The position numbers and the translations under genes were made by a program. This document shows positions 29,577 through 38,807 of a stretch of 42,230 nt of DNA, piece by piece. The notes below the pieces were generated by a model. It did not search any database. It saw nothing but the letters and a program-made list of their open reading frames with translations, and was not told the DNA's origin. How positions within the stretch are numbered: position 1 is the stretch's first letter; every line of letters begins with the position of its first letter. The stretch spans positions 1 through 42,230 of the forward strand of contig CAZRNJ010000001.1 of assembly GCA_964601385.1 (NCBI GenBank), read 5' to 3'. This DNA is from an uncultured Bacteroidales bacterium (GTDB taxonomy: Bacteria > Bacteroidota > Bacteroidia > Bacteroidales > JBBRXJ01).

Positions 29577-29900
29577 ATGGAAAGTATTTTGCATTCAACT
29601 GTATTTAGTTTTAATTCATCGGTTGATTATTCAACCGGATCAATTGTAAGCCGGCAGTTTGTGAAGAATAATTATGGGACGGTAACTCTTTTTGCTTTTG
29701 ATCAGGGTCAGTCCCTGAGCGAGCATACCGCGCCTTTTGATGCCCTGGTACAGGTTGTTGACGGCACTGCAGAAATTTCAATTAATAAGCAGAAGTATAT
29801 TCTGCAATCGGGCGAATCTATTATTATGCCGGCAGATGTTCCGCATGCCGTATCGGCTCCGGTACGATTTAAAATGTTATTGGTTATGATAAAGGGTTGA
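29577..29900 (+). CDS. Cupin domain protein
   Basis: About 107 aa. ...LSEHTAPFDALVQVVDGTAEISI..Q.Y.L..GESIIMPADVPHAV is the cupin_2 pattern. The ATG at 29577 is 2 nt after the upstream stop; the track start at 29565 is a TTG. Confidence 0.8.
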   Translation: MESILHSTVFSFNSSVDYSTGSIVSRQFVKNNYGTVTLFAFDQGQSLSEHTAPFDALVQVVDGTAEISINKQKYILQSGESIIMPADVPHAVSAPVRFKMLLVMIKG

Positions 29901-29984
29901 GAAAAATGATCTGTTTATAAGTCCGGAAAAAACATTTTGTCGCTTTTTTCTCTGTTAAATTATTTTTTTATTTTTACATCCTTG

Positions 29985-30172
29985 CAACGGTCCCGAAAGG
30001 GCTAAGAGGGAATGCCGTGATTCCGGTTACTGAACTGGGAGATTCGGCAACAGTTCCCGCTGCTGTGATCCCGATCCTGCCAAACAGGATTGTACTTCCG
30101 ACAGACATCCACTGTTCGCTCTCCGCGAACGGGAAGGAGCCGGAAGTCGGGAAAGTCAGAAGACCTGCCGCT
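29985..30172 (+). promoter_or_regulatory. Cobalamin (AdoCbl-type) riboswitch
   Basis: Conserved elements were read directly: AAGAGGGAATGCCGTGA.TCCGG, CCCGCTGCTGTGA, CCACTG, CGGGAAGG, and the B12 box AGTCAGAAGACCTGCC (30154-30169). It lies upstream of a TonB-receptor operon. The boundaries are approximate. Confidence 0.88.
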
Positions 30173-30328
30173 GCATACCTGATGTTGTAGCTTTCGGTGA
30201 AAAAGCTGCAGGGCATTAAAATGTCCTTCATACACCGGAACCTTTCAAAATCAGAAAAACAGTCAAAGCCATCCGTTAACGGGGATTAGCGGGTAGCCAA
30301 ATGAGTATTAATTTTTAACCGTTTAACA

Positions 30329-31597
30329 ATGAAAAAAAATGTCGTTATTTTTTGTATGATTTGTCTGTTTTCTGTTGTCCTGAAGGCAACAGATACTCTG
30401 CAGATTTCATCATTTGATGAATTATCGCTCGATTCCAACGGGTATTGGAACGGTTCAGATACCACCGGCGGGTTCATTTCAGGTATTGTTTTTTTTCCTA
30501 ATGCTTACAATTTTTCATTCGGATCCTGGGCATGGTTTGCATACTCATCGGTTGTTGATGATACTACTGCCGGATACGGAAATCAATACAGTTCTTTTGC
30601 TCCGGGAGCATTTTCAGGTGATAAATATGCTGTTACTTATGTTGAGACCGATTGGATGAGCGGTTTACCCATCCCTAACAGAATTTCTTTTACAGATAGC
30701 TCTGCTCATGTTGTGAAAGGTTTTTATATTTCGAATAATACGTATGCCGCGCTTTCGATGAGAGATGGTGATATGTTTGCTAAAAAATTCGGGGGTGTTT
30801 CCGGCAATGACCCCGACTACCTGAGGGTGATATTCAAAGGATATGATCAGTATAATCTGCTTACCGATTCGGTGCTTTTTTATCTGGCTGATTATACCGG
30901 AGCGGAACAACTTGATACTATTATTAAAGATTGGACATGGGTTGATCTTCAGCCGCTGGGCAAGGTCAGCCGTGTTGAGTTTTATTTACAGTCAACCGAT
31001 ACCGGTATGTTCGGTATTAATACACCGACTTATTTTTGTATGGATGATCTGACGGTGCTTCGCGACTTCCCGCCTTATTTTAACGATACTCTGGCTGATA
31101 TTTTTTCTCCGGATACAGTTAATGAAATAAACATATCGCTTAATGGTTTTGTAACGGACAGCGATGATAGTGATACAGCTATCAGATATAGTATTTACAA
31201 TAGTGATTCTGCTATTGCTGATGTCGCGGTTTTGCACGATACTGTTCGTATTAAGCCATTGTCTGGCGGCACTGCCGAAATAATCCTCGTTGCTTTATCG
31301 AATCATAAAGAGGCCCGCGATACGTTTAATGTTATCATTACACCGGTAACATTGGTTCATGGCCATACGTTTGCTCAAGCAAGGTTGTTTCCCAATCCTG
31401 CAGGAGAGCAGATTGTACTTCGTTCTTCTTGTATTGGCAATGCAGAAATCTATTCGGCACAAGGTGTTAAATTGATGAATATGCAGGTATTGATCGGTGA
31501 AAATATAATCTCGCTGACTGATTTGCCATCCGGTTGTTATTATCTTGTATTGTCGGATACAGAAACCCGCAGTATTAAACGGTTTATTAAACAGTGA
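30329..31597 (+). CDS. DUF4465-like (BtuH-type candidate corrinoid-binding) secreted protein with a T9SS sorting domain
   Basis: Has a signal peptide. N-terminal region SFDELSLDSNGYWNGSD..GGF.SG...F.N.Y....GSWAWFAYSS....T.GY.NQYS....GA..GDKYAV.Y. The C-terminus RLFPNPAGEQIVL...GCYYLVLSD...IKRFIKQ is a T9SS CTD. The family name is from memory. Confidence 0.6.
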   Translation: MKKNVVIFCMICLFSVVLKATDTLQISSFDELSLDSNGYWNGSDTTGGFISGIVFFPNAYNFSFGSWAWFAYSSVVDDTTAGYGNQYSSFAPGAFSGDKYAVTYVETDWMSGLPIPNRISFTDSSAHVVKGFYISNNTYAALSMRDGDMFAKKFGGVSGNDPDYLRVIFKGYDQYNLLTDSVLFYLADYTGAEQLDTIIKDWTWVDLQPLGKVSRVEFYLQSTDTGMFGINTPTYFCMDDLTVLRDFPPYFNDTLADIFSPDTVNEINISLNGFVTDSDDSDTAIRYSIYNSDSAIADVAVLHDTVRIKPLSGGTAEIILVALSNHKEARDTFNVIITPVTLVHGHTFAQARLFPNPAGEQIVLRSSCIGNAEIYSAQGVKLMNMQVLIGENIISLTDLPSGCYYLVLSDTETRSIKRFIKQ

Positions 31598-32610
31598 TGA
31601 AACTAACAGCTATATTTGTTTTGTTCATTTGTTGTCTGACTCTTACCGGTCAATATTCTCCTGCTGCCGGAACAGCGGGTTCATCGGCAATCCATTTCAG
31701 CAGTCCGCTGTTTAAATCGTGGGCAAAGGGTTGTACGGTTTCACGGGGTTTTATTGATATGACCGATACTACGTTTACATTTTCGCAGGCAGGTACTACC
31801 TCCAACCGTGCTTTTTACGGAGAGCCGGCAGATGCTGTGGGTGTGGCCGATGGACTGTCGTGTGTGAGTCTAGGTGATCGTGGCATTGCGGTCTGTTCTT
31901 TCGCTTTACCGGTTATTAATGGTCCCGGATTTGATTTCGCAGTTTTCGAAAATGGAATGAAATCTCAGCAGTATCCTTATCTCTGGTTTCTTGAACTGGC
32001 TGTGGTTGAGGTCAGCTCAGATAGTGTTCATTTTGTCCGTTTTCCATCTTCATCCCTTACATCATTTGATGAACAGATTTCGGGCTTCGGTCAACTTGAT
32101 CCTGTGAAAATCAATAATCTTGCCGGTAAGTATATTGCGGGATATGGTACGCCCTTCGATCTTGAAGAACTTAAAGATTGCACGGCTGTAGATGTTAATA
32201 ATATCCGCTTTATCCGGGTTATTGATGCAGTCGGTTCGGTTGATTCTCTTTTTGCTACATACGACAGCGAACAACGGCCAATTAACGATCCTTTTCCTAC
32301 GCCCTTCTGGCAAGGCGGTTTTGACCTTGATGGTATTGGTGTTATCAACCAGCTTACACAGGTACCCTTAATTCATGAAGGTAATACTGATGAACTGTTG
32401 GTTCTTTTTCCTAATCCTGTCCGGCACGGAATGCGATTGTTCCTGAATCATGCATCGGATGCCCGAATTGTCTGTATCACCGATATTAGCGGCCATGCGG
32501 TCCCACCCTTTACTTTTGGAGAAGAAGTAAACTATACGCCTGGTATTTATTTCGTTCATATTGAATTAAACAAGAAATTATTTATCCGGAAATTAATTGT
32601 TGCCGATTGA
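31597..32610 (+). CDS. Uncharacterised secreted protein with a T9SS sorting domain, inside the B12 riboswitch operon
   Basis: Has a signal peptide. Central motifs GPGFDFAVFENG and FLELAVVEVSSDSVHFVRF. The C-terminus is LFPNPVRHGMRLFLN...GIYFVHIELNKKLFIRKLIVAD. The ATG at 31597 overlaps the upstream TGA by 1 nt, and a GTG at 31594 is also possible. Confidence 0.65.
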   Translation: MKLTAIFVLFICCLTLTGQYSPAAGTAGSSAIHFSSPLFKSWAKGCTVSRGFIDMTDTTFTFSQAGTTSNRAFYGEPADAVGVADGLSCVSLGDRGIAVCSFALPVINGPGFDFAVFENGMKSQQYPYLWFLELAVVEVSSDSVHFVRFPSSSLTSFDEQISGFGQLDPVKINNLAGKYIAGYGTPFDLEELKDCTAVDVNNIRFIRVIDAVGSVDSLFATYDSEQRPINDPFPTPFWQGGFDLDGIGVINQLTQVPLIHEGNTDELLVLFPNPVRHGMRLFLNHASDARIVCITDISGHAVPPFTFGEEVNYTPGIYFVHIELNKKLFIRKLIVAD

Positions 32611-34568
32611 AGTATATTTTATTCATATTGTTTTTATCATGGTTAATTCCAATTCGCGCTGCAGATGGAGAAGAAATAAGGGACACCCTGCTGGTAGATG
32701 AGGTGTTGATTGAACATTTTAAACGGTCAGGCAATGGTTTGCATACCATGGTAATTGATTCAGCAATTCTTTCACAAAGTGTTGTGCTTTCATCTACCGA
32801 TCTGATGAGCCGGCATACTCCGGTATTCATCAAATCGTATGGACAGGGTGGGTTGGCAACGGCATCATTCCGGGGCACGGCTGCATCACACACAATGGTA
32901 CAGTGGAACGGAATGAATATTTCATCTCCTATGAGCGGACAGGCCGATTTTTCGCTTATACCGGTTTCGGTGATTGATGAAATGACGTTGTTTTATGGCC
33001 CAACATCTACCATTCTGGCTAGTGGGGCATTAGGAGGTATTGTGTCGGTGGGGAATAAACCCGATTGGAATAACCGGTTGAACTTTTCGGCCATCCAAAC
33101 AGCCGGAAGTTTTAATACCTATCATACGATGATGGATGCCGGCGCCGGAATGGATAAGATGCAGGTTCGTACACGCTTGTTTAACGAGTCATCGGCCAAT
33201 AATTTTAAATATTTCAATACAGCTAACGGACAGTGGAATTATAGCCGGATGAGTGATGCTTCATACAGGAAATATGGCGGTTTACAGGAATTGTATACCC
33301 GTTTGGGTAGCCGTGATTATTTTTTTACTCAGGCATGGATGCAATACGCTAACCGCGAACTCCCGCCAATTATGTCGTATCAGGGAGCAGGCAGGGATGA
33401 AAATCAACAGGATAATGAATTGCGGATTAATACCGGATATGTGCGGTATGGGAAGCGGGCAACGTTTAAAATAAACACCGGGTATCAGCAAGGGAAGATA
33501 GATTATTATCTTGCACAGAATACCGGACAATCAATGATGGTGAATTATGAGACGCAGAGCAGATATGCAACAAATTCGGGACAGGCATCAATTAAGTATG
33601 CTCTTTCGGATAAAACGGTAATTAATAGTTCTTTATCTGCTGCTTTTCATCAGGTTGTGAATAATGATCTGACAACGCACATGGGATATGTTGCCGGTAG
33701 GGAAGAGTTGGGCATACATGCCGGCATACAGAAGCAGTTATCTGAGCGATGGTCGGTATTTAGCCAGCTACGGCAGGATTTAGTTGACCGAAGGGGCGTG
33801 CCATTAATCCCTTCAGCAGGAGCTGAATTGCGTCTGTTATCCGGCAAAAACCTTGTTCTGCGAACAGCCGCTGCCCGTAATTATCATCTCCCTGCTCTCA
33901 ATGATTTATACTGGATACCCGGAGGAAACCGGTTTCTGAAGCCCGAAGAGGGTTATAATGCCGATGGCTCAATGCATTATTCATGGAATAAAAACGGATA
34001 TATGTTTGAATCTTCTGCAACTGTCTATTATTCCCGGATCAACGATTGGATACTCTGGAAACCTACTGAATTCAGATTTTGGCAGGCCGAAAATCTGAAA
34101 AATGTTTTTAGCCGGGGAATAGAATACTTTACTTCTTTTTCCGGAATAATTTATAATATGCAATATCGTTTCCGGTTTAATTATGCTTATACACTTACAA
34201 CCGATGAATCGGCAGAAATGCAAGGATATCCGGCTGCCGGTAAGCAGTTAATATATATACCTGTTCACTCGGGCAATGGCTATGCATCATTTCATTATAA
34301 AGGGTATATGCTGTCTCATTCTGTTGTTTATACAGGCATCCGGTATACCTCTTACAGTTATCAGTCGGCTTATGATCATCTTCCGTCACACATGATTCAT
34401 ACGTTTACTGCTGCACGCGCGTTTAAGGGCAAAAGCACAATTGCCGAAATTCAGTTTTGTGTTCACAATCTTTTTAATGTCAGTTATCAGCAAATGTTAT
34501 GGAGGCCTATGCCTGGCCGCTGGTTTACAACATCGGTACGGTTTAATTTGACAAAGCGAAAAAAATGA
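32607..34568 (+). CDS. btuB: TonB-dependent receptor, BtuB-type (vitamin B12/corrinoid transporter)
   Basis: 653 aa with a TTG start overlapping the upstream stop. TonB box DTLLVDEVLI, plug motif FRGTAASHTMVQWNGMNISSPMSGQADFSLIP, C-terminal aromatic barrel end, and the riboswitch upstream. Confidence 0.85.
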   Translation: MKYILFILFLSWLIPIRAADGEEIRDTLLVDEVLIEHFKRSGNGLHTMVIDSAILSQSVVLSSTDLMSRHTPVFIKSYGQGGLATASFRGTAASHTMVQWNGMNISSPMSGQADFSLIPVSVIDEMTLFYGPTSTILASGALGGIVSVGNKPDWNNRLNFSAIQTAGSFNTYHTMMDAGAGMDKMQVRTRLFNESSANNFKYFNTANGQWNYSRMSDASYRKYGGLQELYTRLGSRDYFFTQAWMQYANRELPPIMSYQGAGRDENQQDNELRINTGYVRYGKRATFKINTGYQQGKIDYYLAQNTGQSMMVNYETQSRYATNSGQASIKYALSDKTVINSSLSAAFHQVVNNDLTTHMGYVAGREELGIHAGIQKQLSERWSVFSQLRQDLVDRRGVPLIPSAGAELRLLSGKNLVLRTAAARNYHLPALNDLYWIPGGNRFLKPEEGYNADGSMHYSWNKNGYMFESSATVYYSRINDWILWKPTEFRFWQAENLKNVFSRGIEYFTSFSGIIYNMQYRFRFNYAYTLTTDESAEMQGYPAAGKQLIYIPVHSGNGYASFHYKGYMLSHSVVYTGIRYTSYSYQSAYDHLPSHMIHTFTAARAFKGKSTIAEIQFCVHNLFNVSYQQMLWRPMPGRWFTTSVRFNLTKRKK

Positions 34569-35626
34569 AGAATACAATTTATCTGCTATTGGTCATTTTG
34601 TTGCTGGCTTGCGGGAAAAAAGACCGCGATAAACCGGATACTGATCTTGTGGTAACAGGCAGGGGATTGTTGCTTTGTAACGAAGGGAATTTTATGTTTG
34701 GAAATGGCTCTCTCTCTTATTTTAATATTGATAAATGTGAGATGCATAATCAGGTATTCCGTACGAAAAACGGGTTCCCGGCAGGTGATGTGGTGTATTC
34801 TGTTAAAGTGTTTAACGGTGAAGGATATTTAACGGTTAATAATTCAGGAAAGATTATTGTAATGCGTGCCGACAATTTTTTATATCAACGCACAATAACA
34901 GGACTGACATCTCCTCGCTATATTGAATTTCTTTCACCGGATAAGGCCTATGTGACGGACTTGTATGATAAGTCAATTGCGATTATTAATCCTTTAGCAG
35001 GAACGGTCACAGGCAGTATTTATACCGGAAAAACAACCGAGCAAATGGTTCGGTTAGGAAATTTTGTTTATGTTGTAAATTGGTCTTATCAGAATTCTGT
35101 GCAGAAAATTAATTGCCAGACAGATCAGGTGGTTGACTCGCTGACTGTAATTTATCAGCCCAACAGTATTGTTGTGGATTGTAACGGGAAAATATGGGTA
35201 TTGTCTGATGGAGGTTATCAGGGCATGCCGGGTAAAACTGGCGCCGGTTTAACGCAGATAGATGCTGGTGATCTTAGTATTATACGGGAGATACCAGTTG
35301 GAAACGCTGATGCTGTAGCCAGCCGGTTAACACTGAACGGTACCCGCGACCGGCTCTATTACCTTGTTGGCGGATGGAGCGGGTTAGCATCAGGCGGTGT
35401 GTTTACAATGAGCATTACCGATACTGTAGCACCGGCTAATGCCTTAATAGAGCAGGGAGCAAAGCTTTTTTATGGATTGGCTATTGATCCGGTTACTTCA
35501 GTGATTTATGTCAGTGATGCTGTAGATTTCATTCAAAATGGACGATTGATCAGATATTCTGTCAATGGATCGTTTATTGATGCTTATCAGGCCGGTATTA
35601 TTCCCGGAGAAATGTGCTTTTATTAG
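34565..35626 (+). CDS. Surface lipoprotein, YncE/DUF5074-like beta-propeller, in the position occupied by BtuG-type B12-capture proteins
   Basis: Lipobox LLLACGKK. Repeated ...G..P..i...g.kiYV.N.. blade-like segments. It has an ATGA overlap with btuB. Confidence 0.6.
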   Translation: MKNTIYLLLVILLLACGKKDRDKPDTDLVVTGRGLLLCNEGNFMFGNGSLSYFNIDKCEMHNQVFRTKNGFPAGDVVYSVKVFNGEGYLTVNNSGKIIVMRADNFLYQRTITGLTSPRYIEFLSPDKAYVTDLYDKSIAIINPLAGTVTGSIYTGKTTEQMVRLGNFVYVVNWSYQNSVQKINCQTDQVVDSLTVIYQPNSIVVDCNGKIWVLSDGGYQGMPGKTGAGLTQIDAGDLSIIREIPVGNADAVASRLTLNGTRDRLYYLVGGWSGLASGGVFTMSITDTVAPANALIEQGAKLFYGLAIDPVTSVIYVSDAVDFIQNGRLIRYSVNGSFIDAYQAGIIPGEMCFY

Positions 35627-35685
35627 AAAGAAAAGTAAAACCGATAACAAAAAGCATTATTTTTGAACTCCGTAACATACATCGT

Positions 35686-36126
35686 ATGAGTTCATCTAAA
35701 TCATCTGCAAAACAACAACAGTTTGACAGGCATTATCTTGAGATGGCCCGTATCTGGGCAAGGAATTCGTATTGCAGGCGCCGGCAGGTCGGTGCATTGA
35801 TTGTAAAAGACAGGATGATTATTTCGGATGGATATAATGGAACACCTGCAGGTTTTGAAAATATCTGCGAAGATGAAGAGGGAAAAACCAAGCCGTATGT
35901 TTTACATGCCGAGGCCAATGCAATTACTAAGGTGGCAAAATCGAACAACAGCAGCGAAGGCGCAACACTCTATATCACTACATCGCCGTGTATCGAATGT
36001 GCAAAACTGATTATTCAGGCCGGCATTCGCAGGGTGGTATTCTCCGACCTATATCAGATAACGGATGGCATTGACCTGCTGAAGCGGGCTAATATCGAAA
36101 TTATTCAAATTGCAGATTCGGAATGA
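35686..36126 (+). CDS. dCMP deaminase (ComEB family)
   Basis: HAEANAI zinc motif and PCIECAKLI. The start is placed at ATG 35686 (MSSSKSS...), while the track start at 35614 overlaps the upstream gene. Confidence 0.88.
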   Translation: MSSSKSSAKQQQFDRHYLEMARIWARNSYCRRRQVGALIVKDRMIISDGYNGTPAGFENICEDEEGKTKPYVLHAEANAITKVAKSNNSSEGATLYITTSPCIECAKLIIQAGIRRVVFSDLYQITDGIDLLKRANIEIIQIADSE

Positions 36127-37733
36127 ACATGGGAATTTCTGAAAAAAAGGGGTTTCAACCTTTGCTGGTGGCTGTTATCCTTTGTATTGGGTTAGTTGCC
36201 GGATATTTCTACCGGTCGGCAAAAACAATGAATAATCCGGGGATAAGTCCCTCACGCAATAATGTATTGCTTGAGGCATTGGATTATATCAGAGCCGAAT
36301 ATGTTGATACGGTGTCGGAGAAAAAACTTACCGAGGCAGCAATTATCGCCATGCTCGATAGCTTGGATCCGCATTCGGTGTTCATTCCTGCTGCTGATCT
36401 TAAAGAGTATACCGAACCGCTGGAAGGAAAATTCAGCGGTATAGGTATACAGTTTAATATGCAGAATGATACTGTTGTGGTTATTCGCACTATCCTGAAT
36501 GGGCCATCGGAAAAAATCGGTATACGGCCGGGCGACAGGATTGTAAAAATTAATGATACACTTGTTGCGGGAATCAAAATGTCTACTCATCAGATCATGC
36601 GTAAATTAAAAGGGATTAAAGGTACGAAAGTGAAAGTGGGCATTAAACGTTTTAGTGTTGACCATCTGGTTGATTTTATAATCACCCGTGACGAAATCCC
36701 GTTAAACAGCATTGATGTGTCTTTTATGGCAGAGCATGGGACCGGCGTAATTAAAATCAGTGAATTTTCACGCCGTACCTATGAGGAATTTATGAATGCT
36801 GTTGATCGTCTGAATCGTCAGGGTCTGAAAAAAATGATTCTTGATTTACGGGATAATGGCGGCGGTTATATGAATGCAGCAGTTGATATTGCCGATGAAT
36901 TTTTACCAGATGGCGACCTGATTGTTTTTACCCAGGGACGCGCTAATCCCCGCAGGGACCTTTATGCCACACGAAAGGGACGATTGGAGAATATCCCGTT
37001 AATTGTTTTAATGAATGAGTGGAGCGCTTCGGCCAGCGAGATACTTTCGGGTGCTTTACAGGACAATGACAGGGCAATGATTATAGGACGCCGTTCGTTT
37101 GGTAAAGGATTAGTACAACAGCAGGTTGAACTGAGTGATGGCAGCGCTGTTCGGCTTACTGTGGCGCGTTATTTTACTCCATCCGGACGGTGTATCCAGA
37201 AACCATACTCGCATGGAAAAGAAAATTATTTCGATGAACTGAACCAGCGTTATCAGAATGGTGAATTCTTCAATCCCGATAGCATTATTCCGTTGGATAC
37301 ACTATCATATACTACAAAAAAAGGCCGGAAAGTATACGGAGGCGGAGGGATTATGCCTGATGTGTTTATCCCTCATGATACCTCGTTTGTTTCTCCTTTC
37401 TATTCGAAGGTAGTGTCAATGGGGCTGTTGTATAAATTTGCATTTAACTATTCCGATGCTAACCGTGTAATCTTGTCTCAATTCAATGATCCGTATAGTA
37501 TTGAAAAATTTCTTACCGGGAAAAAAATATTTAATCAGTTTCTCGAATACTGCAGCCAACAGAAGGTGCTTGCATCATCATCCGATTTGAAAAAATCAGG
37601 CAATTATTTACGCGTACAACTCTTTGCCAATATAGCACGCTATATTCTCGATAATGAGGGTTATTACCCGCTTTTATTACAAATTGATTATGGAATGAAA
37701 AAGGCGATTGAATACCACATGATTAATAAATGA
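36123..37733 (+). CDS. S41 family C-terminal processing peptidase (paralog 1)
   Basis: 536 aa with an N-terminal TM anchor and a PDZ region (GPSEKIGIRPGDRIVKIND). It has the DLRDNGGGY motif, catalytic Ser in WSASASEI and Lys in SFGKGLVQ. Confidence 0.9.
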   Translation: MNMGISEKKGFQPLLVAVILCIGLVAGYFYRSAKTMNNPGISPSRNNVLLEALDYIRAEYVDTVSEKKLTEAAIIAMLDSLDPHSVFIPAADLKEYTEPLEGKFSGIGIQFNMQNDTVVVIRTILNGPSEKIGIRPGDRIVKINDTLVAGIKMSTHQIMRKLKGIKGTKVKVGIKRFSVDHLVDFIITRDEIPLNSIDVSFMAEHGTGVIKISEFSRRTYEEFMNAVDRLNRQGLKKMILDLRDNGGGYMNAAVDIADEFLPDGDLIVFTQGRANPRRDLYATRKGRLENIPLIVLMNEWSASASEILSGALQDNDRAMIIGRRSFGKGLVQQQVELSDGSAVRLTVARYFTPSGRCIQKPYSHGKENYFDELNQRYQNGEFFNPDSIIPLDTLSYTTKKGRKVYGGGGIMPDVFIPHDTSFVSPFYSKVVSMGLLYKFAFNYSDANRVILSQFNDPYSIEKFLTGKKIFNQFLEYCSQQKVLASSSDLKKSGNYLRVQLFANIARYILDNEGYYPLLLQIDYGMKKAIEYHMINK

Positions 37734-37734
37734 T

Positions 37735-38748
37735 ATGAATAATAGTGAACTGATAAAAAAAATTAATGCAGGCATTAATGATGCACGTGCCGGAAAGACA
37801 GACCGTATTTCTTTGTTTTCTTCTTCACAGAAACCATACGGAAAAAATGAGTTTTTGTTTTTTATAAAACCCGAACTGACCATTGTTGAAGACGAACAAA
37901 AACGCTCATTGGCGCTTGATCAGATATTGAAACAGATGGAATGCTATAATATGTGTATTGCCGATATAACTATCCTGTCGTCACATTACCTGGCCAGTCA
38001 AAATATTATTGCACAACATTACGGAGTAATCAATAAGCTATCTTCGTCTGCTGTTAAAAATATTTCGGATAACGCAAAACAACGATTTTTTGAACTGTAT
38101 GGATTACAAATTGAAGAGGAGGAAGTGCTGGGAAGTTTAGAGTTTTTAAATGTATTTAGTGAATTTACCCCGTTAACGCTTGACTATTTGTGGCAGAATA
38201 AGAAATTTGAAAAACTGGCTGGCGGCACGTATGTTCTTGATCTGGACTTTAATGGCCGGAGAGTTTTTTTGATTAATGGTTTTCATCCCCGGCAACTCGA
38301 TCATTTTACACGTCCGGGAAGATGTATTGTTTTATTTACACTTTTGTCTGATACCCGTTGGACGATAGCCCGAAATGATTTTATTGGAACTACTGATCCG
38401 TCAAAAGCTAAACCCGGAAGTTTAAGGCGTTATTTTCTTGACCGGAAAGAAGATCTTGGGTTGATCTCTGTCAGTTCGAGCTGGAATGGGGTTCATTTAT
38501 CTGCCGGCCCGGTAGAAGGGTTGGTTGAATTAATCAGATATAATTCAGACCGCGTATCAGGTATTATTAAAACCTCTGTTGATTATTCATTTGGAAATCA
38601 ATTAGTTGAAAAATATTCGCCGGAAGTTGTGGATCGCATTCTTTCAAATGATACAGTTGATTATCAGGGTCAAAAGGTTTCTGTTTTCGACATGACCGAA
38701 GAAAAAGATAGTGATATTGCCCTGAAAATGCTCTCAGAAATATTTTAG
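37735..38748 (+). CDS. Nucleoside-diphosphate-kinase-fold protein with an N-terminal extension and a large insertion
   Basis: 337 aa. By-eye alignment to NDK gives FFIKPE (Lys), AQHYG (Tyr), ARNDFIGTTDP (Arg/Thr), PGSLRRYF (Arg) and WNGVHLSAGPVEG (Asn/His nucleophile). Confidence 0.6.
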   Translation: MNNSELIKKINAGINDARAGKTDRISLFSSSQKPYGKNEFLFFIKPELTIVEDEQKRSLALDQILKQMECYNMCIADITILSSHYLASQNIIAQHYGVINKLSSSAVKNISDNAKQRFFELYGLQIEEEEVLGSLEFLNVFSEFTPLTLDYLWQNKKFEKLAGGTYVLDLDFNGRRVFLINGFHPRQLDHFTRPGRCIVLFTLLSDTRWTIARNDFIGTTDPSKAKPGSLRRYFLDRKEDLGLISVSSSWNGVHLSAGPVEGLVELIRYNSDRVSGIIKTSVDYSFGNQLVEKYSPEVVDRILSNDTVDYQGQKVSVFDMTEEKDSDIALKMLSEIF

Positions 38749-38807
38749 AAACAATTTGTATTTTCAGCCAATTTTATTATTTTTAGAAATTGTTTTAAAA
38801 TAATATT

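Noticed and set aside
29974-30235. Two overlapping minus-strand ORFs of 85 and 77 aa
   Set aside because: They lie entirely within the cobalamin riboswitch, which is GC-richer structured RNA. They have no start context or family resemblance.
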